Shown here: positions 13,667 to 38,620 of the stretch, piece by piece
Position numbering within the stretch: position 1 is the stretch's first letter
Layout: each line of letters opens with the position of its first letter
Source: Chrysomallon squamiferum
Lineage: Eukaryota > Animalia > Mollusca
Reading direction: 5' to 3'
NCBI GenBank assembly: GCA_012295275.1
Contig: CM022667.1
Span: forward strand, 9,982,001 to 10,046,000
Length of the DNA: 64,000 nt
Program-made: the position numbers and the translations under genes
The notes under the pieces: model-generated
What the model saw: the letters and a program-made list of their open reading frames with translations, nothing else
Told to the model about the DNA's origin: nothing
Database searches by the model: none

Positions 13667-14785
13667 TTAATCAAACTGATAACGACTTTTCTCCAGTTCT
13701 CGCAAAAACTCCTGATGCGACACGTGAACGTCTTCCCAGAATTCCACCATCTTGACCCGCGACAGCCAGTTATCTACCTTGGGCCACAGCTTGAACTTAA
13801 ATCCGGGCCACTCGAGCTGAACGAGAACCGTGGCAACAAAGATGTCCGCCACAGTGAACCGGCTGCCAGTCAGGTATTTCGTTTTGTTCAAGTATTTCGT
13901 CTCGAGAATCTCGAGCTGACACGTCACCATGTGGAGGCCTTTGTCGATGAATATTTCGTTACTCTCTTGAGAAGGGAGGCTGTATTTTTCCAAGAACTGA
14001 GGGTAAACGTAGAAAAATCCGATGGCCCTAAAATGTATGAAGACATGGGTGTTAGCAAAAGAAAAAAAAAAAATTGTTATCGTAGAAATTGGTAGAAAAA
14101 AATATTAACGGAAAGAAAAAGAAAGAAAAGAAAAGAAAAAAGAATAAAAAAAAACAAACATAAAAAAAATAAGAGAAAAGAAAAAGAAAGAAAAGAAAAA
14201 AAAATTGTTATCGTAGAAATTGGTAGAAAAAAAATATTAACGGAAAGAAAAAGAAAGAAAAGAAAAGAAAAAAGAATAAAAAAAAAGAACAAAAAAAAAC
14301 AAAAAAAAAAGATTGGAAAAAAGAAAAAAAAAAACATAAAAAAAAAGAAGAGAAAAGAAAAAATAAATAAAGAGGAAAAAAGAAAAGAAAGAAAGAAAGA
14401 AATTAAATAAAGAAGAAGAAAAAAAGAAAAAGGAAAGAAAGAAAGAAAGAAACTGGAGGGAAAAAAACAGAAAACACTTTAAAAATCATTTTAATTTTGT
14501 TCGGTCAGTTATGGTCGAGTTCGGCGCACTTAGACTATGTTCGTGTCTGACCGATTCTTTCCGAACAAACTCTCGGATAAACTCGCCTGTGTAACTCGCT
14601 GTTCGCCCAGCTTATTATGGAATCGCTCATAACTCGAACATTCAAACCGAGACCAAAGCCGGACGATTCCGTGTACTCAGTGGCTAGATAATGCAAAATG
14701 GCTGGACTGAAAAATAAAAAGAAATTACGTCAATATTATGGTAGCCAGTAAATTATTAATTTTTTTAATGTTATTAACATTTATG

Positions 14786-14871
<86 letters not shown>

Positions 14872-15891
14872 TATTACCCATCAAATATTATGATTCCTGA
14901 ATCCACAAGTATAGGGACTTGTTGGTGCGGTTGTTTTTTCACTATGTCGGGAAGAGTTGTTTCCCCTTTTGAAAAGTCCACATCGATCAAATTGTGAGGG
15001 ATTCCTTGCTGCAAGAAAATTATATATACATGTTTATGTATAATTATATCTGTATCTGCAACCTATATTATAGATATTTATATGATATATTACCTGCAAC
15101 CTATATTATAGATATTTATATGATATATTATCTGAACCTATATTATAGGTGTATGACATGTGTATGATATGTTATAGACATGTATATGATATGTTATAGA
15201 CATGTATATGATATGTTATAGATATGTATAGTATATGTTATAGACATGTATATGATATGTTACAGATATGTATATGATATGTTACAGACAGGTATATGAT
15301 ATGTTATAGACAGGGATATGATATGTTACAGACAGGGATATGATATATTATAGATATGTATATGATATGTTACAGACAGGTATATGATATATTACAGACA
15401 GGTATATGATATGTTATAGACAGGTATATGATATGTTACAGACAGGTATATGATATGTTACAGACAGGTATATGATATGTTACAGACCGGTATATGATAT
15501 GTTACAGACAGGTATATGATATGTTACAGACAGGTATATGATATGTTACAGATATGTTTATGATATATTATAGACAGGTATATGATATGTTACAGACAGG
15601 AATATGATATGTTATAGATATGTATATGATATATTATAGACAGGTATATGATATGTTACAGACAGGTGTATGATATGTTATAGACAGGTATATGATATGT
15701 TACAGTCAGGTATATGATATGTTACAGATATGTTTATGAGGTTTTACCTGCAACATGTACATCCACACCGCTCGACACGGAGGCGAGATTCTGACGAGGT
15801 AAAGTTCTACGGGGCGCCGACCGTGCCATCTTTTTTCAAAACTGTCAGAGCTGACCAGCCGACGATCCGAGGTCTGTCCGTTGTCAGTCAT
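13667..15891 (-). CDS. Glutathione S-transferase, theta/delta-like, 251 aa, 4 coding exons: 15891-15748, 15008-14878, 14706-14587, 14027-13667
   Basis: Exon lengths 144+131+120+361 = 756 nt with consistent phases 0/2/2. Motifs: N-terminal ISPPCRAV, cis-Pro loop QQVPILVD, PAILHYLA, and C-domain YLTGSRFTVADI (N-capping box) plus WLSRV. Intron 3 has a GC donor (AG|GCGAGT). Confidence 0.88.
14068..14330. repeat. About 130-bp purine-rich tandem duplication in GST intron 3
   Basis: aaattgttatcgtagaaattggtagaaaaaaatattaacggaaagaaaaag occurs at about 14071 and 14202. Confidence 0.85.
15150..15735. repeat. 22-bp minisatellite (about 26 copies) filling most of the first coding intron of the GST
   Basis: Unit atatgatatgttacagacaggt with variant atatgatatgttatagatatgt. 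Confidence 0.93.
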
Positions 15892-16202
15892 CTGTCACAG
15901 GCTTCTAGAATCTAGAGATAAATAAACAAATAAATAAACACACACAATTATATTTAATATAATATAGACAGAGAGAAAGATGCATGGATACAATAATAAA
16001 GTGTCAGAGATGCATAAAGAGAGACAAGGCGAAAGAGAACGAAACTGAGAGAGAGAAAGAGACAGATAGACATGGAGAGGAAAGACCGAGAGAAAAAGTC
16101 GTGCCAAGCCTTCTCTTTTTTTTATTAATATGTTTTGTTTTATATGGATTGTAATTTTGTAAAACACGAATATCTTTAGCAGCTCAGATGTATCAGGTAT
16201 TG

Positions 16203-16264
<62 letters not shown>

Positions 16265-16311
16265 TGAGATGTTACAGACAGGATAGATATGAGAGAGACA
16301 GGATAGAGAGT

Positions 16312-16357
<46 letters not shown>

Positions 16358-17240
16358 GGAGTCGGACAGTATAACTGTTCTAGAGATATTACTATTTCCC
16401 AAATGCATTCATTTAAAACTTGTTTTCTGAATCCTGAATACCAGATCATATTCTCATATTCTTCTTTGGGGCGTTTTTGTTTATTTCTTATGCCATTTTT
16501 TCAAAACTGTCAGAGTATATAATGAAGGCGACGATCCGAGGTCTGTCAGTTTTGTCACTGCCTCATCTTCTAGAAGTAGTAGTAAATAAATAAATAAATA
16601 GTAGTAGTAGTAGTAGTAGTTTAGTATAATATAGAAAGAAACTAACAAAGAAAAAAACAAATTAAATAATAAAATAAATAACTAAACAAACAAACAAATA
16701 AACAAACAAATAAATAAATAATCGAATAAATAAAATAAATAAATAAACAAACAAACAAACAGATAACCAAACAAACAAACAAATAAACAAATAAATAAAT
16801 AAACAAATAAAATCTTTGCTACTATTTTGCAGTCGTTATTACTCTATTCTGATCGCATCAAACAAAATATACAAGTTGTCTAATTAAAAGTCTTCAACTG
16901 ATGCACAAACATAATCAATAACAGCTGCTTTGCAAGTCTCAGAAAAACACGCCATCATCATTTGCCTCCGTCGCCGAAGAGCGAGAATGTAAAGGAATCG
17001 CTAGAATTTAATCGCCTTCAGCTAAATAATCGCTGTAAATGAAAACAAGAGGAGGCATAAACAATGTAGGATATAAGGTCAGATACGTTAATATTTATCT
17101 GACAAATTGAAGGGAGATAGGTTTTGCCACGTTATATTTCATTTTTCATAGTGCAGATGTAATGAGTGATTAATATAACCGTAGTATGATAATTGTAGTT
17201 ATATCATATTAATTGTTAGTCATAGGTAGGTTGTAATGTA

Positions 17241-17398
<158 letters not shown>

Positions 17399-17687
17399 CG
17401 GTGAGGGGAGCAATGGTAATACTACTAGTAAAATTAATAGTATAATTAATAGATAACATTGTTATAGTAATAGTAGTAATACTGTCAGTAGTAGTAGTAG
17501 TAACAGCAGCAACAGCAGCAGCAAACATAGGTAGTGTTTGTAGTAGCAGTGGTAGTACTTATTAGTAGTAATTGTTGTAGCAGTAGCAGTAGTAACAGAA
17601 GATTTTGTTGAAAAATATCTTTACAAGGAAGTTAAAAAGTAAAAAGAAAAGTTATAACAGAAAGATGTGAAAAACCATCCTACTTAC

Positions 17688-17790
17688 CTCGTTTTTCTCA
17701 GAAAATATTTTTTTAAATATCATAAAAATGAAATATTCCAATCCAGTGAACTTGTTCAAGCACTCTTATGACTACTGCGTTTCCCCAACG
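17688..17790 (-). other. Probable non-coding 5' exon of the GST gene
   Basis: Strong donor GAG|GTAAGT at 17688/17687 on the minus strand. An acceptor (tctctag|) at 15912/15911 lies just upstream of the ATG, so an upstream exon is expected. The 5' end is a guess. Confidence 0.45.
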
Positions 17791-18499
17791 GTAACATCAA
17801 AATTAATTTCGTGTAATAAAAATTACTTAAACAATAATTTACCACTTTAAAACACCCAAACCAGTTCACTCCATTTTCTTCAAGTATTGACAGTAACCAT
17901 TTTTATATAACCTCTTTTACTGTTTTATTTATTACTTTTTATTTTATTTTTATTATTTTTTTCTCCAGTATCTTTTTTTACGTACAACATGATTTCTGCT
18001 ATATATTTATTACAGTACTTTTCTTTCAACTATATACGTATTAATATATTGTATTATTTTGTGGATAGACCCCCGCTTCGATTGATTAATAAAGAAGTGA
18101 TTGACGTGGACAGATTTTTTTTTTTTTTTCTGATACGGCTCTTGGTGCTCTTGTTTGTTCTCGAAGTGAAATGAACTCGAAGCTTTTGTATGTTTCTCAG
18201 ACTGTCCTCAAGCTTTTGGCTTCAGTAGTTACTTGTCAGCGTCGAATCCAGACTTTGTTATAGAGGGTTTCCGAATATTTTAGATGTTTACATGTTTAAA
18301 ATATGAGGTTTTAGTTAACCAGTGAGGAGGGAATCGAAAAAAGAGATTTTGTATCAATAATAGTGTTCCCTTTATTTCTCATACATCTGTCTTTCTCTCT
18401 CTATCTCTTTTTTTATCTTTGTTTGTCTCTCTCTGTCTCTTTCTTTCAATTTCTGTCTCTCTCATTCTCTCCGACCGTCTCTTTCTGTGTGTGTGAATA

Positions 18500-18811
<312 letters not shown>

Positions 18812-19982
18812 CAGAAAAGTACGATACTTTATTATTCAGACAAATATTTCCACTTTTATTTCTTTCATTTCTTTCTTTCCAGCCCTTTTTTTCGTACATT
18901 TCCCCACCCCATCCCTGGAACCGCGCCTTGTTTGTTCTCGAAGCAAAATACACTCGAAGCTTTTGTACTTTCTTTTGTTAATCAGCTCTCGCGTTTTTGA
19001 TTTTCAGAATTCTTTTGTCACTCGAAGAAGGAAAATGACCCAAACAAGTGTGACTTTTCTACCCGAATCGATAATTTCAGACTGTGTTCATGTCACTGCT
19101 TTTACATAGTAAATAAATATTTGTTTATCTTCACAACAGTTTGTAATTTGATATGTGAGAAAGAACGACAATAATGATTTTCATTATCAGTTAGAATTCA
19201 CAAGTACAGGTTGTACTGTTCAATGATTTGATATCTAAAAATATTTATGTGAGAATAAGATAGATGGATCAAACTCACGCACGGACACACACACACACTC
19301 ACATACATACATACATACATACATACATAGATAGATGTATAAACACCCATGCTTACATACATATTTAAGCATGTCACATACATAAACAATAGATAGATAG
19401 ATAGATACACACATTACAATGCCACCTAAAACAATCATACGCGCAACCACAAAAGACAGAGCAATGCAAACATCAAATAGCGAAAAGACAGAAATAAACA
19501 GATAGACAGACAGACAGACAGATAGATCGTGCATTAATACATACATAATACATACATATATACATACATACACAGATACACAGACACAAAAAAAATGGCA
19601 GGAACTGACACAGACAAAATGAAAATAAAAGAAAGATATACAGGTCTAGTAGAAGTAACGGTTGCAGTAGTAGGAGTAGTTACTGTTGTTGTTGTTGTTG
19701 TCGTGGCATTGTGAATTAATACGGCGGTTCACAAAACCAGACTTTGTTCCGTTAAAACCTGTTTCATGAGTCATTAATACCAGATTACATTCTGGGTTTT
19801 GTTCAGATTTTTATGTTACTGCATTTTAGTGTGTTTCAAACAATCAAATATCTCGCCTCACTGACTCGACGCTGTTCTCTCTCGTGTCATTGTCAGTGAA
19901 TCGTTCCGCTTTTATGTGTTGTTAACAGCAACACTGTATTACTTTATTGCTTACAAATGAATTCCTATTCCTGAAACACATA

Positions 19983-20249
<267 letters not shown>

Positions 20250-20432
20250 TGGTTACAATCCTATTAAAAAAAAAACCTTAAGAAAAGCAAAAGAAAGAAA
20301 GGAATAAGAGCAGGAAGGGGAAAAAAGAAAAAAAGAAAAGATTAAAAAAAGAATAACAGAAAAAAAGATAGAAATGAAATAAATAGCTCCAAGAAAGGCA
20401 CGAAACTCTATTATTCTGAGAAATATTTTGAT

Positions 20433-20473
<41 letters not shown>

Positions 20474-20649
20474 TTTTTATATATTGTTTTTGTTATTTTC
20501 TTTTTCTTTTCTTTTCTGTTTATCTTTTCTTTTCTTTTGTCATCAGCTATTTTAGAAAAGACTCGAACATAAAATTCTAATATTTCCCCATATTTTTTCA
20601 AAGACAAATTTTGTAAATATTTCGGTAATAATTATACAACCGAAACTGA

Positions 20650-20692
<43 letters not shown>

Positions 20693-21404
20693 TAAACAAC
20701 TCTAAGAACCACAAAAAACAATAACAAAAACGAGACCAGTAATTTCTAACATACCTACTCATCTAAAGCATGTACACGCTGACATCTCTTCACTTATGAC
20801 GTTATTGCATTGTGACGTAATAATCAAATGTCTGTATTGCATATAAAATATTTTTTATATGATACATAATGCATGCATCTTTCGTCACAGAAATAACTTG
20901 AATATAGCCAGTTTTTTCTTTTCCCATATTTTTCTTTATTTATATATTTTTTTTAATTTTTCTGCTGCTGTTGTTGTTTTTGCTATTGTTCCTATATTGA
21001 TTTCGATCTGTTTCTTATGTTTTATTTTATTTTATTTTATTTTATTTTTATTTTTTTTTATTTTTCATCTTCTTTTATTATTTTTTTCTTGCTAATCACT
21101 TCTTTTAATACTAATGTTTCCTTGTTGTTGATTTTTTTTGTTGTTGTTTTTTGTTTCTCTGTTGTTGTTGTTGGGTTTTTTTTTTGGGGGGGTTGGTTTT
21201 TTTCTTTAATTTTCGATAATGTGTTGATTTCATTTCTCAACACAAACTCTGTTGCAAGAAGAAAAAAAAAACTAATCCCCGGTTGCCATAGAAATGTCAC
21301 AATTGTTTTTTCTTTAAAACGACTACGCAACACGCTATTCTTCTCACTGAAATGGTTTCATTTAATAAGATCTGTTTCTGTTTCACGAACATAGATTTAT
21401 TTTT

Positions 21405-21441
<37 letters not shown>

Positions 21442-21449
21442 ATTTTGAC

Positions 21450-32641
<11,192 letters not shown>

Positions 32642-32906
32642 TGCGTCTACGTTTTGTATAATCGGCTCGTAGATGAGTGAACCGTCCAAGAAAAAAAAAA
32701 AAAAAGAGAACAGATAGCTTATCTGGAATTCTGATAAGAAATAACCGGTGGGAACAAACAAAAAAAAAAAAAAAATCTGGTTATTTTTATTTAGTTAATT
32801 TCTTTGTCTTCATACTATTACATTTCTGTTTTAGTTTATTCTTTTCTATTGTTACATTTTTATCTTAATATTTATTTGTGTATCTCGCTATCTCTCTCTC
32901 TGTGTC

Positions 32907-32956
<50 letters not shown>

Positions 32957-33129
32957 TAAATATACGTACATACACATACATACATACATACATACGTACG
33001 TACAAACATATATACATACATACATATCTACTACATATCTAATCTAGATATCTCCTTGCTTTCATCCATAACACGTTATATTTATCGGTGGCAGAGGTTA
33101 AATGGGTTAGAAATATTAGATATATTTTT

Positions 33130-33205
<76 letters not shown>

Positions 33206-33742
33206 ATATATATATATATATATATAGTTTTCTCATTTACTCAAAGAAAGAAATTAAAAAATTTATTTTACAAAATCTTTATTTCTATTTTATACTGTAA
33301 TTTTACATTGTTGAAAACAGGTTGTTTCTTATCACTGGTATTGAATAGGCATTTTTGACGAGGCGTGTGATCGTGCATGTGTTTATCAAATAACTACAAA
33401 GTGACGAGCGGGTACATATATATAACCTCACTTTTTACTTAAGTACTATAAAACCAGTCGAAGTTACGCTAAACAACAGTAAAACATTTAGTTTGTATCG
33501 ATGCTTCAAATGACAAAACGAATTCAAAAACACACATAATGTTATCAGTTCGGAACTGAAATAATGATGATTCGAAGAAATATGCTTTAAACAGAAAATG
33601 ACAGGTTAAAAATATCATTAGGCGCCATATTTATATTCGTGATGTCGTCCCATACTGGTTTGACCGAGTTGCTCTAACGATTTTTTCTCTAGCGTTGTCA
33701 AACAGATATATAGATAGATAGACAGATAAATACATTGATAAT

Positions 33743-33774
<32 letters not shown>

Positions 33775-33977
33775 TAGATAGATAATAGCTGTATGGTAAT
33801 TACATCGCAATTTCAGTTTTAAAGTGGCGGCATTCAGATGTTTTGTAACAGTAGTATACTTTATTATTAACAAAGCAGTTCTGTCTTCTCAAAACGTTAA
33901 TTAGTGTTAAGTTATTTCTACTACTTCTGTTATTACTACCATTAATTCTACGGCTGAAGCTACTACTGCATCTGTTA

Positions 33978-34387
33978 CCTGGCCGCAACTACATTGAGGC
34001 AAATGAGGCAACACAAGATGTTTTAAATATTTTTGTTTGAACTGGTTTTTTTTTTTTTTTTTTTTTTAAATATAAATCTTTTTTCCGATAGAAACGATAT
34101 CCATTTATTGATTTCATTTATGTCTACCGTTTGGAAGTCTACCGACATCGTTGCGATGAAAGACATAATTGACTTCAAAAGACATCAAACAGGTTTATCG
34201 AACACCTGAAGATTTAAGGCTTACAGCATCCTTTTCACACATTTCAGTCTTATCCTGGTTCTTGACCTGATGAAATGTATGTCATTTAGACCCCAGACCT
34301 CTTGTCAATTTTTTTTTTTTTTTTTTGGCCCGCTCCGCTTGGCGATTAAGTTTTTGTCTCATTTCAAAAAGTCTAGTTACAGCCATG
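33978..34387. mobile_element. Putative non-autonomous DNA transposon (MITE-like), about 410 bp
   Basis: Ends CCTGGCCGCAACTA ... TAGTTACAGCCATG match 11/14 as inverted repeats, with TA immediately outside both. Short internal tgaggca direct repeat near the left end. No ORF. Confidence 0.5.
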
Positions 34388-34640
34388 TAATAATAATATT
34401 AGTAGCAGAAGTATTAATGCAAACGGTCATTTATTTTTCAGCTGCATTGTGTGATGCTGTCAATGGCATGTTTTATCCTTTCTTCAGATGAGAAGGCAGC
34501 AGTAATCTTTTTCTTTCAGTCTCTTTCCTCGTCCTCTTGATTTATAGTTTATCGTATGACCTAAAAACTTTACACAAATAATTCATGACCAGTTATCTTC
34601 TTTCTTTCTTAGTTTTTCATCTCATTTTTAATTTCCTTTT

Positions 34641-34674
<34 letters not shown>

Positions 34675-35769
34675 CTTTTGCATATTTGTTTTCTTTCATG
34701 GTCTCCGCTATCGCTTGATTTCTCATATATTACACTCTGGCTTCCTAACAAAATTAAATGTCTGACTGAAGAGTCTAATTTTATTTTCACGACTTTAAAA
34801 AAAAAAAAAAAAAAAAAAAAGAAAAGAACGCCCACGACATACACGTCAAACGCCAAAAAGAACCATTGAAAAACTTTAATATACTGCTCTTGCTGTCACG
34901 GCTATTTCCTTCGTAATTGCAAAAATAACGCTTTCCGCCATCTTCCATTTGTTTGTGATTCCTGGTAACGGTATCGCTCCTCACTGAACCGCGCACCGCA
35001 GAATTAACTCTAAACGGTGGTTTTGGGTATACTTCCCTTCACGAACTATCGACCGTCTAGCTTCGCTAATTTAGACAACTTTCCGAAAACAATTTATGTC
35101 GCGTGTAGCCTGATGGCATCTACTACGAAATTCCCCTGGCGCATGACTCGGTGGTTAAAGGCCTATAACAATTCGTTAACAATCCGCCTTTCGGGTCTGT
35201 AAAATAAGTCACCGTTCGCATGTGGAAAATGTTTTTCCATTACCCTGCGACGTCAACTCATTTGCAGTTCCTAATAGCTCAGTGTAGAAGGTAATTGGGA
35301 TCTTGCTAGCGGAATTGTGGATTGATGTCTTATAGGTAAGGGGGGAAAAAATGTAAAAAAAGGAAAAAAAGGAAGAAGAAAAAAGTAACTAAAATTAAAA
35401 CAGGTCTTTAGGATAACTTCCTGTCTGTTTAGGTTCTTAGGCCATTTTTATTTCGTGATTTTATTTTATTTTATTTATTTATTTATTCGTTTACTTTTTT
35501 GTTTATTTACGTATGTACGTACGTACGTATGCACATACATATACATACATACATACATACTCGGTTATATACACTCGCAGATATTCTGTTCATTTGTGAT
35601 TTTGTTTAATTTGTTCATTTGTGTATTTGTTTGTTTATTGGATTCATTATTTATGGTGGATGTTTATAAAATTTTAATCATCTTTCTTTATTTTTTTATT
35701 TTTTTAATAAAGAAGAAATAGAACAACAACAACAAAAACAAAGAAATTTAACTTAATTTTATCTTCAGG

Positions 35770-35898
<129 letters not shown>

Positions 35899-36699
35899 AA
35901 CACAGATATATACACATACATATGTATGTTTGTATCTTTCTTTTTCTTTCTCTCGCTCTATATCTCTCTTTTTTTCTATCTTTCTATCGCTTTCTTCCCT
36001 CTCTCACAATCGTTCTTGAAAAACCTCTCCCACTATTCCCGCCTCCCTTTTTTTTTCGTTCTTCTTTAAACTCCTCAAATCCTCAATAAAGAATGACACC
36101 AAACAGCTATACAAAACTGATGTTTTGCGTCACTCCAAAAAAAAAAAAAATCGAGAAGAAGCAAATAAATTACTTTATGTCTCTTTTACAACTCAAGCGC
36201 TATACATCAGTTCTGTCTATCTCATGTAGGATGCTTACAAGCCTCAATATTTTACAAACCAAGCCAGGAGAATTGATGCAAATAGCCTGAATCCTGATAG
36301 GTTATCCCATGAGCATAACCGGCTGACAGCATCCTTGTGAAGAGGAGTCGACGTAAATACTGATGAACGTGGCATGAGAGAAATGATAGCAGACGTACAC
36401 TTTCTGGTAGCAGACGACAGAGGATTAAGCAGACGAACGTTGCTGTAATTTGATGGTGGAAGATTTTTCCTGCGGTAGTGGGTTTAATTACCGGTAAGAT
36501 TTTTTGGATTTTTTTTGGCTATTTTTTTTTTTTTTTCTTTTCTTTTCTTTTTAATTATAATTATTATTAGACTGAATTTATATTAATATATTATTATTGT
36601 TGTCGTTATTTTAATTTATAATTATTATTAGATTGGATTTGTATTAATTTGTCGTTGTTGTTGTTATTATTTTTATTCTTAAATTATTATTTTCAATAG

Positions 36700-37070
36700 T
36701 AGCAGCAGCAGCAGTAGCAGAAGTACTAGTGGTAATAGTAGTAGTAATAGTAATAGTGATGGTGATGGTGTTGGTAGGATGGTGACACTAAGGGTAGTGT
36801 TAGTAACAATAGTAATGTTAGTAACAGTAGACATAGCAGTAGTAACAGTACTAGTAGTAGTAATGGTGATCGTAGTAGTGTCGGTAGAACTATCAATATG
36901 ACTAACTGTAATTACGAGTTTGCTAGTGCACCAACTACTAATACTACCATAACTAACAATACTATTATTACTACAAATACTAATACGGCCACTATAAAAC
37001 CACTATAGCTTCTACTAATGTTAGCATCCATATTAATACTAATACTAGTGTCTCTGCTGCTGCTGCTCTC

Positions 37071-37112
<42 letters not shown>

Positions 37113-37215
37113 TTACTACATTAAAAACTACTGCTACCACCATAGCTGAAAACTGCTATTACTACTGATACTAATATTGCTACCACTATCACTATTACGA
37201 CTATTACTACATCAC
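36700..37215. repeat. (TAG)n-rich block followed by a (CTA)n-rich block (loosely self-complementary low-complexity region)
   Basis: gtagtagtaatagt... at 36700-36890, then ctactaatact... at 36930-37215. Confidence 0.75.
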
Positions 37216-37234
37216 TGTGTTATTATATCACAAG

Positions 37235-37350
37235 TACAACATGGAGATTTTTTTTTTTTAATCCATCGTCAAATCTGAAACTGTTACAACTACAACATGG
37301 AGATTTTTTTTTTTAATCCATCGTCAAATTTGAAACTGTTACAACTACAA
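37235..37350. repeat. About 56-bp tandem duplication
   Basis: tacaacatggagat(t)naatccatcgtcaaat.tgaaactgttacaac occurs twice. Confidence 0.85.
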
Positions 37351-37999
37351 TATTACCACGACTAATATTCTTTTATTTTTAATTTATTTTAATTTTATTT
37401 TGTTACTCATTATACTTTAAATTCACAAGTATCGCTGAAGCCAAATTAAAATACAGATTTAATGCGAACTATAATTCAAAAATATCTCAGAATTCTTTTT
37501 TTTTTTATTTCTTTTCTCTCTTCTTTTTTCTTTTCTTTCTTTCTTTCTTTCTTTTTTTAAAATTTATTTCAGTGACCATACATAACAGTGTTAAAAGATA
37601 CAAATCGGCAGTACAAAAACGTGTCAAGAACTACGTATTTTTGACGTCACATCGGCCAGGATTCCTGGGATAATTACTAGCGTTTACAATTCATTGCTTA
37701 TTTCGGTGTTCACTAGAATTATTTATTATATTTCCCTGTCAGAAGCAGCGTATTAAACATCAACGCGTTCCCGCCTCGCAATTAAACTGTCAAATTCTGA
37801 ACAGAAAATTTGTTTTATCGTTGTAATAAACTGAACAATTCGACTCTGATTTTGTTCCGCTGTTAAGATCAGAAAAAGGACCGATTTCTGGTATTCACTA
37901 ATAATGTCTGTCATTTCTAGATAATTTGTTTTCGGTTTATTTTATAGGTTTAGATTTAATCATTGTTTAGATTTCATTACAATGTCGTTGTCCCGATTT

Positions 38000-38620
38000 T
38001 TATGATTATGTTGTTATCTAGATTTGCTAATTGTGTCATTTAGGGTTGGTCAGTTACGTCATACTGATTTAGTAATTACATAATCATATGTATAGCTATA
38101 TCATTATATTATCGCCTAGGTGTGTTAATTACGTCATTTTCTGTTTGTTAATGACGTCATTTGTCTAGATATAGCATTAAATCATTTTGTAGAGTTGTTA
38201 TTTAAGTTACTTTCTACGTTTATTAATGACGTCATTCGTGTACGTTATAGTATTTTTATCATCCTCTACAATTGTTAACAGCCTTATTTTCTACGAATTC
38301 GGAATGACGTCATTTGTATGGATATAACATATCATTTCTAGGTTTTGTTAATTACGTTGTTGACTGTTTATTAATGACGTCATTTGTGTAGGTATAGCTT
38401 TATATCATACTCTAGAGTTGTTAATTATATTATTGTCTGCAATTCATAATGACGTCATTTGTTTAGATATAGCATTATGACATTGTGTATGTTTGTTAAT
38501 TACATTGTCTAAATTCAGTAATGATGTCTTTTATGTTGTTAATATAACATTGTATCGCTCTGTAGGGTTGTTAATTAAGTTTTTGTCTCTACATTTAATA
38601 ATATCGTCATTTGTGTAAAG
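38000..38620. repeat. Degenerate ~75-bp tandem repeat (about 8 units) carrying CRE palindromes
   Basis: Recurring frame ttgttaatta...aatgacgtcatttgt.taga/gtatagca..tatcat..tctag; TGACGTCA starts at 38152, 38227, 38305, 38375 and 38450. Confidence 0.85.

Noticed and set aside
21398-21440. Poly(A) tract right after the FBG stop codon, suggesting a retrocopy
   Set aside because: The gene has ten introns, and long A/T runs are common throughout the window.
35135-35290. tRNA A-box-like strings (tgactcggtggttaaaggc, tagctcagtgtaga), plus a B-box-like string on the minus strand at about 28843-28856
   Set aside because: No paired A and B boxes at the right spacing and no cloverleaf, so neither a tRNA nor a SINE can be supported.
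38000-38620. Conserved palindrome with variable intervening sequence, superficially CRISPR-like or attC-like
   Set aside because: The intervening sequences are homologous to each other, so this is a degenerate tandem repeat, and the constant part is only 12 bp.
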